Positions 29,285 through 41,100 of a DNA stretch of 64,000 nt are shown one piece after another. Source of the DNA: Amoebophrya sp. A120. Lineage: Eukaryota; Protista; Dinoflagellata. The notes under the pieces were generated by a model. The model saw only the letters and a list, made by a program, of their open reading frames with translations. It was not told where the DNA came from and did no database searches. A program made the translations under genes and the position numbers. The DNA lies in the NCBI GenBank assembly GCA_905178155.1, contig CAJINV010000001.1, forward strand, positions 7,261,794 to 7,325,793, in the 5' to 3' direction. Numbering within the stretch: the stretch's first letter is position 1; each line of letters begins with the position of its first letter.

Positions 29285-29468
29285 AATTCACCTAAACCTA
29301 CGTCCCCCAGACGCACATATCGATGACTCTACATCGCTCCTCCCCACTCTAGGGGAGGAGATCGCAAACGTGCAATAGCTTCTACGGATCTGCCAGCCGA
29401 TATAGTGCGAACGGGGGACCCCAAATCCCAGTTACTACACGAAAAGGATCTACCGAGGTAGATATGTC
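29285..29468 (-). repeat. Split direct repeat A2 (184 bp)
   Basis: Identical to 36246-36429. Contains the hairpins ctcctcccc/ggggaggag and atctacc/ggtagat. Confidence 0.95.
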
Positions 29469-29472
29469 TTTA

Positions 29473-29593
29473 GTTTCGTTCCTTCCATGTGGTATCCCTA
29501 AACCCGAGCGGCCCGTTGGACCGCGCCGTTGGGGCTGGGTAAAGCGTCCTGGGCCTACCTCCCAAAACCGAGGCCCAGCACGCCTCACCACCA
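29473..29593 (-). repeat. Split direct repeat B1 (121 bp)
   Basis: Identical to 29102-29222. Abuts A2 across 4 nt (ttta), mimicking the circle junction. Confidence 0.95.
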
Positions 29594-29966
29594 CCTTGCC
29601 AAACAGGGCAAGACCCCTCAGAACCCCACAGCAGGTGGTTGAATGAGGGGAGACCCAGCCCCGCCCCAATTGCCCTCGGCAAGGCCCTACGCCGAAGTGG
29701 AACAAACGAAATCCCAAAGCGAGGGACAAGTAGACACGGGAAGAAACCCAAACAAAACCGCCAGTGGTAGAAGTGGGAACACTGTTTTCTGAGTGGGATC
29801 ACATGACAAGCCTGGGCCCGCGAAGCAGTAAATCGCATACCCAAAGGTGGAAAATGTATTTGAAGAAGAGACGTCATACCGTCCAGAAACATCTGCACAC
29901 TGAGTCCACAGGCGGATCTCAAAACAAAAGGGTACAGGGCAAGCGCAAAAAACATCGCGGAGTGGC

Positions 29967-32297
29967 TCAAACTTGAGCCAGCAACTCCTCAGCCGGAATA
30001 GAATCCAGCAGCTCACAAGGATCTTCAAGCGGGGTCGCCACCGTGGTCAGGAACCTCTGAATCTCATCCCCCAAAGCGACACAGGAATGAAGCTGCACCC
30101 TAGCCACCCGACAGAACTGCGCCCAAAGTGCATCGCGGGTAGTCGCGTCAGCAACATTTTCCCCGGAGGGGAGCCACTCGAAGTACGGCACTATGGCAAA
30201 ACGGGCACACAAACTCCAAAATAAAGCCGCTACCACCGACAGGTGAGCGCGCTCGCCCGATCGACTCCGCAAAACCCCCACCGCAGTGGTGTTGTCCAGA
30301 AAGAATACGACCCGCTTGTGCGACAAGGTCGGGCCCCAGAGCATCAACAGAATGACCGGTGTAAAACTCTCCAACACGTTGATCGGGAAAGACCCCCAAG
30401 AGGCGGATGGAAAATTATCCGCCCGCGAGACCGGGTGGCGGAACGCCTGGAAGGCACCCTCCTGCAGAAGACGGACCCCGCCGAGAATACCTCGCCCCCG
30501 CTTCCAACTCGCGTCCGAGTAGCACACCTCCACCGGGAGGCCCACTCGTAAGAAGGAAATCGGAGGAAGGACCGGGAGGCAGGCCGCCATGAAGCGTAAG
30601 CTCGCCGCACAACCGGAACCCAAGGGAAGGCAGGTGGCGCGAGAATGAAACAAACCTCCACGCCGAAAGACCGGCTTCAGCAAGCCATTTAGACGCCGGC
30701 CCACCAGCAGTGAGAAGGGGAAAAGGAACTTCCCGGAAAGGGTGGAAGCCCGCGCGGGACTGAGCTCCCCCGCCCCCAAGACTTCAACCAGGGCCGCCCG
30801 AAGGGTGGCGCGCTTCACTTCCGACAACTGCATCGTGGGAGGCGATTGCGACACGTCAAAATCCAAGCCCAAAACCCGCAAAGCGGTGCGCCCCCACTTG
30901 ACCTTCTTCGGCTTCCAAGGAAAACCCAAAACCTCCAACATGTACACAATGGCGCGCATCAGGAGACGGCGAACCCTGCGGGGCGCCGTGCCGGTCATAT
31001 CATCTATATAGATGATCAAGGCCACGCAGAAAAGCCACCGAACGCAGAAGGCCAGAAACTGCCCAACAATCAACCACTCCGTAACGGAGTGAATGTTCCC
31101 AAACAGGAGCGTGAGGCCGCGGAAGGCTTTGTAGGCCTTCGCCTTGGGGTCGAAAACCCCGATCCAGTTCGTCGCGCTCCCCGCCTTCGAAATGCTTACA
31201 TTCTTGTAAGCGTTGGCAATGTCGATAACCCACTGGCAGAGCCCCGCACCCTCAGGGTCCGCACCATCCTCCGCTGCGTCGAAGTTCGGTATGTGGTCCA
31301 AAGCCGCCCAAGCAACCTCCCGCCAGCCCGGGTCGGACGGGCGGGCATCCGGGAAAGGATCAAAATCATACTCTTCACAGGCCAGGGGGTCTGCCCGGTT
31401 GCCCCCTTGGTCAAACACCCGCAAATCCCGCCAGAAGTCAACCCGCGGCGGGCCGCCTTCTTCTAGTAAAATCGCCGAGCTCGAAGCAAGGGCGAGAGCA
31501 TGATGAACCGACGGAATCGGCATCGACGACGAGATGTCGGAGCAAACATTCAAAGGCACACCATTGTCGCAGAGGCGGATCTTGTCCGCCTCATGGTGTG
31601 CAAAACGAGTCAGAAGGATGCGCGCCCCCTTTTCCCAAGCTTCGTCCAGGGTAAAAGGACCCTGGAGCCAGCCGTCCTCGGTTTCTTGGATTGTAGTATC
31701 CCAGCAGTGCTTGACATCTTCACCCGGCATCCACGATGAGCTGCGCTGCCGCAGGCGCGAAATATTTTCCGCACCCTCAACCGAGGCTGCTAGGTCCCCC
31801 GAACCGGAGCCGGTAGTTGGGGCCGGGGGCAAACGTCCACCCTCCGACGCCTTCATGAGTTTCGACGGCCAAAAGTCTTGAGCCGCAGTGGGGCCGACCG
31901 ATTCCCCCCCGGAAGCTAAAACCCGCCATACATGCGAGAAACCCGAAAAAGCAGACTCTCTGCCAATCTTCTCAATAACCCCGAAGTTGAACTTCGACCG
32001 GATTGGCCTGGTATCCTTCCAACCACCTGCCAAGACCTGCTCCGAGCGAGAGACGGTCGCTGGGTCCGCCCGGGCACAGGCCAGCCAGTAAACGCCCGCC
32101 AGAATCCGGTCCGAGAAATCCCCAAAGGACGAGCTGTGGCCTTCGCGCAGGCACTGTTCGTTGTGCCGCGAGATCAGTCGCCGACCCGAAAAGGCCGGGT
32201 GGCTCCTGTCCTGCGACAAACCTGGTAGAAACCTGTCCCGGTCCCGCTGGACCCGAGAGAGAAAGGCAGAAACCTTGTCAGCCGGCGAGGACTCCAT
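29967..32297 (-). CDS. Reverse transcriptase / RNase H of the YR retrotransposon
   Basis: RT motifs IDIANAYKNV, LLFGNIHSV, IYIDDM and RVLGLDF. DIRS-type RNase H motifs YSDAS, INVLE, LDNTTAV and ENVADATTR. Confidence 0.95.
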   Translation of the reverse strand: MESSPADKVSAFLSRVQRDRDRFLPGLSQDRSHPAFSGRRLISRHNEQCLREGHSSSFGDFSDRILAGVYWLACARADPATVSRSEQVLAGGWKDTRPIRSKFNFGVIEKIGRESAFSGFSHVWRVLASGGESVGPTAAQDFWPSKLMKASEGGRLPPAPTTGSGSGDLAASVEGAENISRLRQRSSSWMPGEDVKHCWDTTIQETEDGWLQGPFTLDEAWEKGARILLTRFAHHEADKIRLCDNGVPLNVCSDISSSMPIPSVHHALALASSSAILLEEGGPPRVDFWRDLRVFDQGGNRADPLACEEYDFDPFPDARPSDPGWREVAWAALDHIPNFDAAEDGADPEGAGLCQWVIDIANAYKNVSISKAGSATNWIGVFDPKAKAYKAFRGLTLLFGNIHSVTEWLIVGQFLAFCVRWLFCVALIIYIDDMTGTAPRRVRRLLMRAIVYMLEVLGFPWKPKKVKWGRTALRVLGLDFDVSQSPPTMQLSEVKRATLRAALVEVLGAGELSPARASTLSGKFLFPFSLLVGRRLNGLLKPVFRRGGLFHSRATCLPLGSGCAASLRFMAACLPVLPPISFLRVGLPVEVCYSDASWKRGRGILGGVRLLQEGAFQAFRHPVSRADNFPSASWGSFPINVLESFTPVILLMLWGPTLSHKRVVFFLDNTTAVGVLRSRSGERAHLSVVAALFWSLCARFAIVPYFEWLPSGENVADATTRDALWAQFCRVARVQLHSCVALGDEIQRFLTTVATPLEDPCELLDSIPAEELLAQV

Positions 32298-33136
32298 TCT
32301 GATGCTGCACTACGCTGGCGAGCGCGACTCTGTGAAACGGAAGTAAAATTCTCCCTCAAAGGAAAAAGGCGAAACCGTCGCTCGCGACGGTTCCACAGTA
32401 GAGTGTGGGGGGTGGGCCCAGATAGCACCCACACCCTGTGGTGTAAGCGACAAGAGAAAAACCACCAGAATGTGAAAAACAAGAAAAGCGAGTGTACTAA
32501 GTAGCCAACCTGGGCGCGGTCTCGTGTCAGCACGGGAACTGAGGGGTGAGAAGAGCATGAGCATAACGATCACAAAGTACCGCGCCGCCAAGGAGGTGAG
32601 TTTGCAAGGGTAACGGATTGGTTACCGCCAGTGCCAAACAACCCTCATCCCCGTGGCAACACGAGACCGACCGCTGAGCATGTCTATGCTACACAATGAA
32701 AGACAACCCACGGGGGGTGAAGAGCCACTCTCCTCTCGACCGAAGGTTAACAGCTCACAAACACCTCGTGAGCACAACTACCACTCCGATCTCGGAATCT
32801 AACCGGCATCTACACCTAATCAACAGAGACGGAATGCAGGGAGCAATGTAGACCGAGGGCAACAAAGGGAACACCCCGCGAGCCTGGCCACGCCAGACCG
32901 CGAAATAAGTACCAGGCCAAGGGGGCCCGGAACGTTTCTAATTTCCACTCACAACAATCACACTCACATCTTGTTCTCACAACAGAGCAAAGCTTTCGCT
33001 AGGAGCTAAAATCCAAGAGCAACCAGGCCAGCATGGATTTGTTCATGTAGGAGTAGTAAAAAGCAACACGCCGACGGACCCACTTGGCCGAAGGCGAGGG
33101 CCAACCTCTAAAACTAAACTGCACATGCTGCAGTGC

Positions 33137-34279
33137 CTACTTCGGAGGCGCTTGCGCGTCCCCTCTCAAATCTTTTATCACAAAGGGAGACCGCAACACG
33201 TGCGGGAATCTGCAGCTGCTTCCGCGATTACAGCGGCCACGAAGAAAGTCGTGGCAAACAATCCCCACGTTGGAAGTAGTAGCCAAAATTTCTTCACCTC
33301 TCACCGGATCCCAGACCTTAGGGATTCCGGAGGAAGAAGCACGCCCGGGCGGGGCAGGACCCGGACCCGGGGGACGTGGAGCGAGTTGTTTAGGCGGTGC
33401 CGGGATCTGTAAAGAGCGAATCTGCCCAACGACACGGGCCCCGAAGCCCTGTGTGCCCCCGCGCACTTCGCCGTTCAGGATATCGCGGTACTGAGCCGGA
33501 TCCAGCCGGCGCGACTCCCCCAGGGCAGTCAAATCATGAAACTCCGCCTCTGAAACCAGGTCGGAGTTCCGGAGCACTTTATGTGTGTTGCGAATCAGCA
33601 TAACGTTAGTGGTAGGCGACCCCTTTTCGGCTTTGTAGTAGGACGCCAGATCCTCGAGCGGCAACCTAGCATCAATCTTCGCTCGTACCCCGTAAGCCTG
33701 TTCAGTGAAATGGTCTGCAAAGAAAATCCCGAAGCGAGTCGTCTGCGCGGTTCTATGTTTAGGCGCGGACGACAAAATCATCTTCACTTCGGCCCGCTCC
33801 GAAGCATTGAGGGCCTTGATGCCCTTAAGCGCCTTGATCTCCACGCTACTGCAGATGTGGAGCGACCTAACACCGTTGTAGTCCAGCACAGCTCGTGCCA
33901 GGCTCTCCGCGGGCACATCTACCGAGGACAGCGAATCAAGTGGGGAAGGCTCCCGCTGGTGCGCTAATAATTCGGATCGCGAGATCCCAAAGGCCTCGAC
34001 CTCACTGTCACTAAAATCTTGCACGGCCTTCCGCTTCTTCACCGGGGGCGGGCCCTTGCGGGCCGGACCCGCCTCGCCCTCTTCCTCCGCGAGAAGAGCA
34101 GCGCAAATCTCATCTTCTTCAACTTCGGGGGCCGCCATCGGCGGGGCTTTCACTTTCGCAAACGGTTTAGCGACCGCCTTAACCGCTTTCGCCTTGTGGG
34201 GCGGCGCCTTCCCCTTGGGCTTGGCCGGAGCTTTAGCTTTGGCCGGGTGCTTCGCCTTTGCTTTTGCTTTCGCGGGCAT
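33137..34279 (-). CDS. Gag-like protein with basic PAKAKA N-terminus and C-terminal CCCH zinc finger
   Basis: Zinc finger CHDFLRGRCNRGSSCRFPH (C-x7-C-x5-C-x3-H); located inside the element. Confidence 0.8.
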   Translation of the reverse strand: MPAKAKAKAKHPAKAKAPAKPKGKAPPHKAKAVKAVAKPFAKVKAPPMAAPEVEEDEICAALLAEEEGEAGPARKGPPPVKKRKAVQDFSDSEVEAFGISRSELLAHQREPSPLDSLSSVDVPAESLARAVLDYNGVRSLHICSSVEIKALKGIKALNASERAEVKMILSSAPKHRTAQTTRFGIFFADHFTEQAYGVRAKIDARLPLEDLASYYKAEKGSPTTNVMLIRNTHKVLRNSDLVSEAEFHDLTALGESRRLDPAQYRDILNGEVRGGTQGFGARVVGQIRSLQIPAPPKQLAPRPPGPGPAPPGRASSSGIPKVWDPVRGEEILATTSNVGIVCHDFLRGRCNRGSSCRFPHVLRSPFVIKDLRGDAQAPPK

Positions 34280-34765
34280 CTTGTATCTGAACCTAAAAGC
34301 GATGCTCAATGTGAGTGTGAATGTGAACTAAGTGGCAAGATACACTTGCTCGTATCTAACGTGGTCCCCTGTACGTGGAAAATAAGCGAGAAGAAACCGG
34401 TCTGAACCCAAAGTGGGAGGGGGGGGGAGGGCCCAGATCCCATTTACAAGCAGCGTCTCCTGCTGCGATCAAAGATTTTCCCATACCGACCTAAACATAC
34501 TCAACCACTCGCATTTCGTATCTGTCAAGAAAAATCGGGCTAGCCCTGGGCTCAAGATCTGACAGATTTTAGATTTGGGACCAACAAATTTATGTAGCAA
34601 CAATTTCCGAGCGACTCGTGCACGAAATAGAACAGACCGCCACTGGACAAAAGTGAAGCAAATATATTTCTGCGCTATGCGGACTCTGGTTTTTTAGAAA
34701 ACGATTTGGAAGTTTCCAGCTGTGCAGTGCCTGTAGCTCGAGCTGAAACATAATGCGCCAGGCGT

Positions 34766-35668
34766 TCACTCCAGGTCGTCCTCCTCCGGAGACCAGCAGC
34801 ATAGAAGCTGCTGCTCCTGGTCAGAGAATCGCGCAAAGTCATCACTGTATTCGAAAAAGGACAGGCTCCTAGCCTGAAGAGACCAGCCCTGCCTATTGGA
34901 GACCACCGCCACAAGCTTTTGCCGAGCTTTGGCGGCTTTCTTCCTATTCCATGCTAAGCGCGACGTGATCGCACACGTACGACGTGGCCCATGGCCACTC
35001 GTCTCGGCTAGCCTACAGGCAGACATGAACTCGCACTTCGATATCGGAAACAACGTGGCCCAGTTCTCAACTGAGCACACCGGGCAAACATTCACCCGGC
35101 TCTTCTTACACATGCAGAGCACCTCCATGCGGCGTAGCTGCGAGGTTTTGTCCTTGCGGACCATCAAAGCTGCTGACCGGGTCACACCTCCCTGCCTACG
35201 CAGGAAGACCTGCGAGCGGCTAATCGCCGTCAGGGTGTCGCCACGGATCCCTAGCGCCGAGGCCACTACTAAAATTTCTTTCTCCCGCTGTGTCATACGG
35301 CCCAGGGAAGCCAAAAAGATGGGCGTTGCCTTCTTCGGTTGAAGGTTCTGCGATTTCAAGTACCGGCCGATTGCCCGCTGCAGACCGAGGAGCTGCCGGG
35401 GGAATAAAATGTTTTTAATTCTTCCCGCCTCCCCTTCTAGCGTCACTGCTGAAGACAGGTAACCCGCCGCAGAGGTAAACCCCTGGGCCAAAAGAAAAGC
35501 GGCAAACTGTCGAAAATCCGCAATCCCAACTTCCCGGGCCTGCTCCAGGCCTTTCTGCACTTTGAACGCCTGCCATGCTCTTGCGTGAGAAGATTGCGGA
35601 GAACGTGTCCCGAAGACACTGGGCGCTGGCCCTCTAATTGAATACGTATGCGGGCGGCCCCGAGCCAT
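34766..35668 (-). CDS. Tyrosine recombinase of the retrotransposon
   Basis: Catalytic set present: LGIRGD (R), KDKT (K), CPV motif, SGHGPRR (HxxR) and QGWS...FFEY (W, Y). Confidence 0.92.
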   Translation of the reverse strand: MARGRPHTYSIRGPAPSVFGTRSPQSSHARAWQAFKVQKGLEQAREVGIADFRQFAAFLLAQGFTSAAGYLSSAVTLEGEAGRIKNILFPRQLLGLQRAIGRYLKSQNLQPKKATPIFLASLGRMTQREKEILVVASALGIRGDTLTAISRSQVFLRRQGGVTRSAALMVRKDKTSQLRRMEVLCMCKKSRVNVCPVCSVENWATLFPISKCEFMSACRLAETSGHGPRRTCAITSRLAWNRKKAAKARQKLVAVVSNRQGWSLQARSLSFFEYSDDFARFSDQEQQLLCCWSPEEDDLE

Positions 35669-36245
35669 GTTTGCAATCAAAGTTGTGATAGACAAGGTAA
35701 GACAAATCCACACATCGCCCTAACGGCACCTACTGAGACTTAGATCTGGAAAGGAACGGACCACTATCTGCCCTCAAAAGCACTACAGCAGCCTGGTAGT
35801 AGAAGAGAAAGAGAGAAAGGTTGACTTGGCGCGGGGCCTCAGAAGCGACCTAGCTACCCGAGCCCTACATCTAACATTCCGCACACTGTCGGATCCAATT
35901 TCCGATCTAACACTCTGAGCGCGTATCCTTTGTTTTTGAAGACCTTCCTTCATTTGAGCAAAAATAAACAGAGCCTCAAGCTCTTCAAAGACAAGTACTC
36001 ACCTGCCGCGCAGTTGAAGCATGAGTATCAGAAAACTTCCATGTCTCTACGAAGACATGGATTGAAAAAGAAATCGTAGCAACCTGCTGTGGCCTTGCTG
36101 GCCCTAACTCACAATGGCTTTCGCGCCCACGCTAAACTGCCCCCGCTGGGGCCACCCTCTATGGTGAGAAAAAAGGAATAAACTCCCCCCGCTGGGGGAT
36201 GCCCTCACTGGCGCCACCTACTTCGGTGTAGAACAAAAGGGCAAA

Positions 36246-36429
36246 AATTCACCTAAACCTACGTCCCCCAGACGCACATATCGATGACTCTACATCGCTC
36301 CTCCCCACTCTAGGGGAGGAGATCGCAAACGTGCAATAGCTTCTACGGATCTGCCAGCCGATATAGTGCGAACGGGGGACCCCAAATCCCAGTTACTACA
36401 CGAAAAGGATCTACCGAGGTAGATATGTC
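36246..36429 (-). repeat. Split direct repeat A1 (184 bp), 5' end of the element
   Basis: Identical to 29285-29468. Confidence 0.95.
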
Positions 36430-36490
36430 ATTATTTTGAAGCAGCACAGTGTCAATGTGGTCAAGTCCTCAAATCATGGCGCCAACTTCT

Positions 36491-37689
36491 TTAGGCAAAC
36501 GGCACGACGATTTTTCCGCGCATGTGCCCCGACTCTTGCAGATCGTGCGCCTTTCGGAACGTCTCGGCGGATAGCCCGCCTGACAAGATTTCCGTCGCGA
36601 TGGGTTTCAACTTGCCTTCGTCGATGAATTTCGCCACTTTCTCCAGCAGTTCCCCTTGCTTCTCCGGTTGCTTGCCGTGAATGCCGCGACAGAACATCAT
36701 GCCGTAGCAGAGGCTCTTCCGGTTCAGGTACATGTCCATGCAGGTTCCTTCGTCGGGAAAAAACGTCACCACCGGGCAAATCACCCCCATCGCACCAACC
36801 ACCGCCGTCACTTCGGACGAATATCTGGAGAAAAGTTTTGTTTTTCTTCAGTTTCGTAGTCTAGATGAAATTCTTGAAGATCGTAACCATCTAGAAATCC
36901 AAAACGAAAAGAACAGAGGCAACGCGGAAGGAGAAGTCAATTGTTTATCTTTATGTGCAATACACGAAGAACACTCGTCAGTTACCTTTTGTCATCGTGA
37001 CACACATAAGCGACGTCCACCGCGGACAGAGGCGTTTTTTCCTTCAGCTCTTCCAACAGGGTCTTCCCCCCGCTGTGGGAGATTACGTAGTCTGCGCCCA
37101 GGTTTTTACACCACTTCTCCGATTCGGGACTCGACGCGGTTGCGACCACCGTACAGCCGTACAGCTTGGCAAGCTGAATGCCGAAGCTGCCGCACCCGCC
37201 CGCGCCGGCGAGAATCAAAACTGTTTTCTTCGCCTTGTCAATTCCAGCGCTTTCGCACAAATTTTCCCAGCCGGTGATCGCGACGAGTGGAAAGGCCGCA
37301 GCCTGTTCAAAGGACAAGGACTGTGGCTTTTTCGCAATCAAGCGGCTGTCCACCGCACAGAAATCTGCGTTCGTGCCGTTGCGCAGGCAGTTCCCCGCAA
37401 AGAAGACTTCGTCGCCGGTCTTGAACTTTTGGGATGCGTTCTCCCCACACTCAACTACAACTCCCGACCCGTCGTAGCCGAGCACCTTCGTCTCGTTCTC
37501 CGGGAAGGGCATCCCCAAATTGCTAGCGCGCAACTTCCAGTCGACCGGGTTCACGGCGCACGCTTTCAGTTGCACTACCACGTCCCAAGCTGTGGCAGTC
37601 GGTTTGGGCAGCGTCACGTCCTGCAGAACGCTGGCATCGCCAAGTTGCTGAATGCCCACGGCACGCATCACACTCGAATCGGAGGCCAT
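36491..37689 (-). CDS. MDR-family (zinc-type ADH-like / quinone) oxidoreductase, 2 exons
   Basis: Motifs AVNPVDWKLR, LGYDGSGVV, AAAFPLVAITGWE, LILAGAGGCGS and AHDLQESGHMRGKIV. GT-AG intron at about 36825-36984. Confidence 0.93.
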
Positions 37690-38131
37690 GGCAATTCCTG
37701 TTAGCTGGGTCTAGTACTTATGTATGTTGTGTCACAGTCGAATTCTTCATTTATACAGCCGATTTTGGAGGTACTAACCTTTCCACTTACATGTACACGG
37801 AGAATGACGAACTCAATGAGCCCATCGTACAGTGCGACAACTTTGGACTCTGACCAGCAGCGAGAAAGCAGCGACAATGTCGTCGTTAAAGTAACATTTT
37901 ACTTCACGAGGACAAACAATTGTTTGCCAGGGTTGGAACAATACATAGCATGGACATCCAAACAAGAAGATAACACAACTTTTTTTGTCATCTAGAGATC
38001 TGAGGCCCAAGTCAGGGTCAGAATCTGGATCCACGTCGATGTTGTGATCCTGTATTCTTGGTATCACGACAATCATGTGTCGATCTGAAAGGGAACTACA
38101 CTGGCGTGGTTGTGCTTCACTCGTCCCAACA

Positions 38132-41100
38132 CTACAACACCCGCAACAACGCCTCGCGTAGATTTTCCCCTATGGCGTCCGGGAAGCAGTCTACTTTCTC
38201 CTGCAGGTAGACGTGGAGCCGCTTGCGATCCTGGTCCGTGTAGGCGGAGAACCGGTTCACGAAATCATGGCAAATGAGCTCCGTCACCTCCGAAGGGACG
38301 GAGGGGATCACGTCTAACAGCGTCGTGTACATCCGGCCACTGTAGTCCGTCAAATCTTCCGCCTTGTTGTTTCTGCTCCACTGTTTCGCAGTCATGTTCA
38401 CATTCGTCGCGATCAACTTCGCTAACTCGTACTGCACGCGCTGGTGCGCCTTCACTTTCTCCTCTTCGGACCTCGGCTGCATCGCTGCGGCAGCTGCGTC
38501 CGTCTTCGAATACAACTTCACGATGTTGTTTTTCTTGTCCGTCGCCAGTCGGTGCAGCATGTTCACGGGAGCGCAAACCGGGCTGATCCTGCCTGCCCGC
38601 CTATCCTGAGTAAAAACGTACCCACACCAGAGTCAGGATGGGGATTTTGCAACACAAACCTAGGAGTTTTGCGAGTCACGCATGACAAGCTGCACTCTGC
38701 AGTGTAGTGCAGGTTGGCGAGTGCAGCCGCATCACAGATTCATCTGCTCATCCTGTTCACAGCATCACAAATTCCAAAACACGATTGGAAATGGCTCTCA
38801 TGGGGATGCGCATTACAAGTCTTCCTGTCTTTGCAAATCTGCATTACAACTCTGGTGTGGGTACGTTTTTACTCAGGATACCGCCGGGGATCCGCGTCCG
38901 CGAGTTGCACCATCATGGTGCCTATGGATTGCAAAAATGTCTGGGTCTGGAAACTTGTGATGCTGAATTGCGCATGATTGAAGCGCTTCCAATGGCAGCC
39001 AAGCATGACAAGTTTTTGAGAGGCTTGCTGATGCCTAGCACGCATTACAAATTGCGTTTTTGCATGACAAAGAAAGCCTCTGCTTTGCTGCTCATGCAAC
39101 ACAGATTTTCATTTTCCAGGAATGCATGACACGCATTACAAGTTCCACTTTTCCAGACCCAGACATTTTTACAGTGAGTTGATAGTGCCACGCTTCACCT
39201 GGTTCGCAGTGACTTCCTCCGCCTCGACGATACCGGTGACCTTCGCACGGATGCCGTGTGTGGAGTGCTTCAGGACTGGGAGAACAAAATTGTTCAAGAT
39301 CAGCGCGTACATGCGGTCCACCTGGGGCGTCTTTCCAGCGTAACGTCGGAAGCTCCACGCAAGAGTCAGCAGCATCTGCTCCGTGACCAGCTCCTTGTCG
39401 ATGATGTGCGACGTTGCTGTTCTGGGCTTTTTGTTCGTCGCCGGTGCACTAGCTCCTTCGTCGCCAAGATAGAGGTCTTTATTCGAAGCAGGACCACCTG
39501 CTCCTACTTCCAGGGAGCTGTTGTAGTTGACTTGCGGTGCTAACTTTTTCGATGTTTTTCCCGCCATGAGAAATTCGGACGCGTAGCGTGCAAATTTTGA
39601 ATACAGCGCCTCGTCTTCGGTTTTCATGGCGGCCAAGCCCCAGCTGATGTTGCATACGTCAATCAGGTTCTCCGCATCCGTCAGTCTGCCCAATTTCCGG
39701 TTGAATTCGTCATTCGCGACCTTCGCTACTGCGCATGCCCAAATAAGATTCCCGACGGTGCGACTGGTTAATTTATCTACGGAGGGGACAAGAGTGTCCT
39801 TGCTTCTTGTTTTCGACGCTGGATTAGTACTATCCGGTGTCGAAAACACCGCGTCATGGTGCTTAGACAAGACGTAATTTGGATCTTCGCGAATCTTGCG
39901 CAGCACAACACCCTGCACTCTTTCGCCGAACACTTTTGCCCCCGGATGGTTCGCTTTCGTCAACGCGTACAGAACTTGGTTCATCCCCTGGGCCGTGAAG
40001 TAGTCTGGCGGGATTTTGCTGACGGTGTGGTACCAGCCCTCTCGCTCGACGCCGGGGAACTGCGTAAACGCCCAGGTTGCGTTCGCGACATCTTGTTCGT
40101 TAAAGTTGTCCTCCCCTTCGTCGTAGTCGTGATCTTGTTCCGAAGACGAGAACGCATCGCCTTCCGCTTCCTCGTCTTGCGATTGCTGAGTATTATCTTC
40201 ATTGCCCGCTGTATTTTTTTCTACGAATTTTCGTCCAGCAGCACCAGATGTTGACGCTGTCGCAGATGACAAGGCTTCCAGCAAATCCAGGTCGTCGAAG
40301 TTCCTTTTCAACTGCCGTGCCACTTCTTCCATCGCTAGTTCACAATCGGTGAGTAAAGACCGCTGCTGTGCTGGTCCGGCTCTCTGTCTCTCGGCCGGAC
40401 TGGGTGCGGGGATTTTCGGTCGCAGCGTCGCGATGCTCCAGGCGATGGTTGTGAGTGCGCGATTTCTGTACACGATCTGTCGCGAGGGAGCGTCCGCATG
40501 TTCTTCACCACGAAACGTACTTTGTTCCGAGGATTGATGTCGATTGCCAGAATCCATGACCGTTCGCGCAACGGCCTGAAGCAACCCAGGCTGCAAAATC
40601 CTCGCGTTTGCGTAAGCGCGCAGCAGATTCGCGATCGTCCTCGGCGTGTAGCCGGACATGAGCAATTTGTGCAATGCCTCCGCTTCGGTTGCCCCCAAAC
40701 TTTCCATCGCGTGCTGTACTCCTGCGATGTCGCGTAGCACTGGCAGCTGTACCCCGGGTATGCGCAACTTCGAAACATACAGACACATATTTGCAAAAAG
40801 CCGGCCGCAGTCCTCCGATACGAGCGCCGCATCCCCGAACGCACGGTCGACTAAGCGGCGAACCAATCGCGGTCGGGTGCACGAGGCACTGCTCGATCCT
40901 CCGCTCGAGCATTGGAGAATCGCCTGGATCGCCGTGACGCGGTCCAATGTGTCCAGCTCGAGTTCGTGTTTTTCGATGAAGTCCAACAAAGGCATCAGCT
41001 CCCTCCTCGCAGCATGCTTCAACATCTTCTTGTGGAAGTGGCGCTGCAGGTACGACGACCGGTCAAAACGATTGGCAAGGGTTTTCAAGTTTGGATTTGA

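Larger units (their letters stand above)
29102..36429 (-). mobile_element. Tyrosine-recombinase retrotransposon (DIRS order, Ngaro/PAT-like split direct repeats), apparently intact
   Basis: Minus-strand layout A1-YR-gag-RT/RH-B1-A2-B2, with repeats identical by eye and three uninterrupted ORFs. The element is intergenic. Confidence 0.95.

Noticed and set aside
29285-29468. Self-cleaving ribozyme in repeat A, or LTRs of a gypsy/copia element
   Set aside because: No hammerhead CUGANGA/GAAA core was found, and the repeat layout and YR gene fit split direct repeats rather than LTRs.
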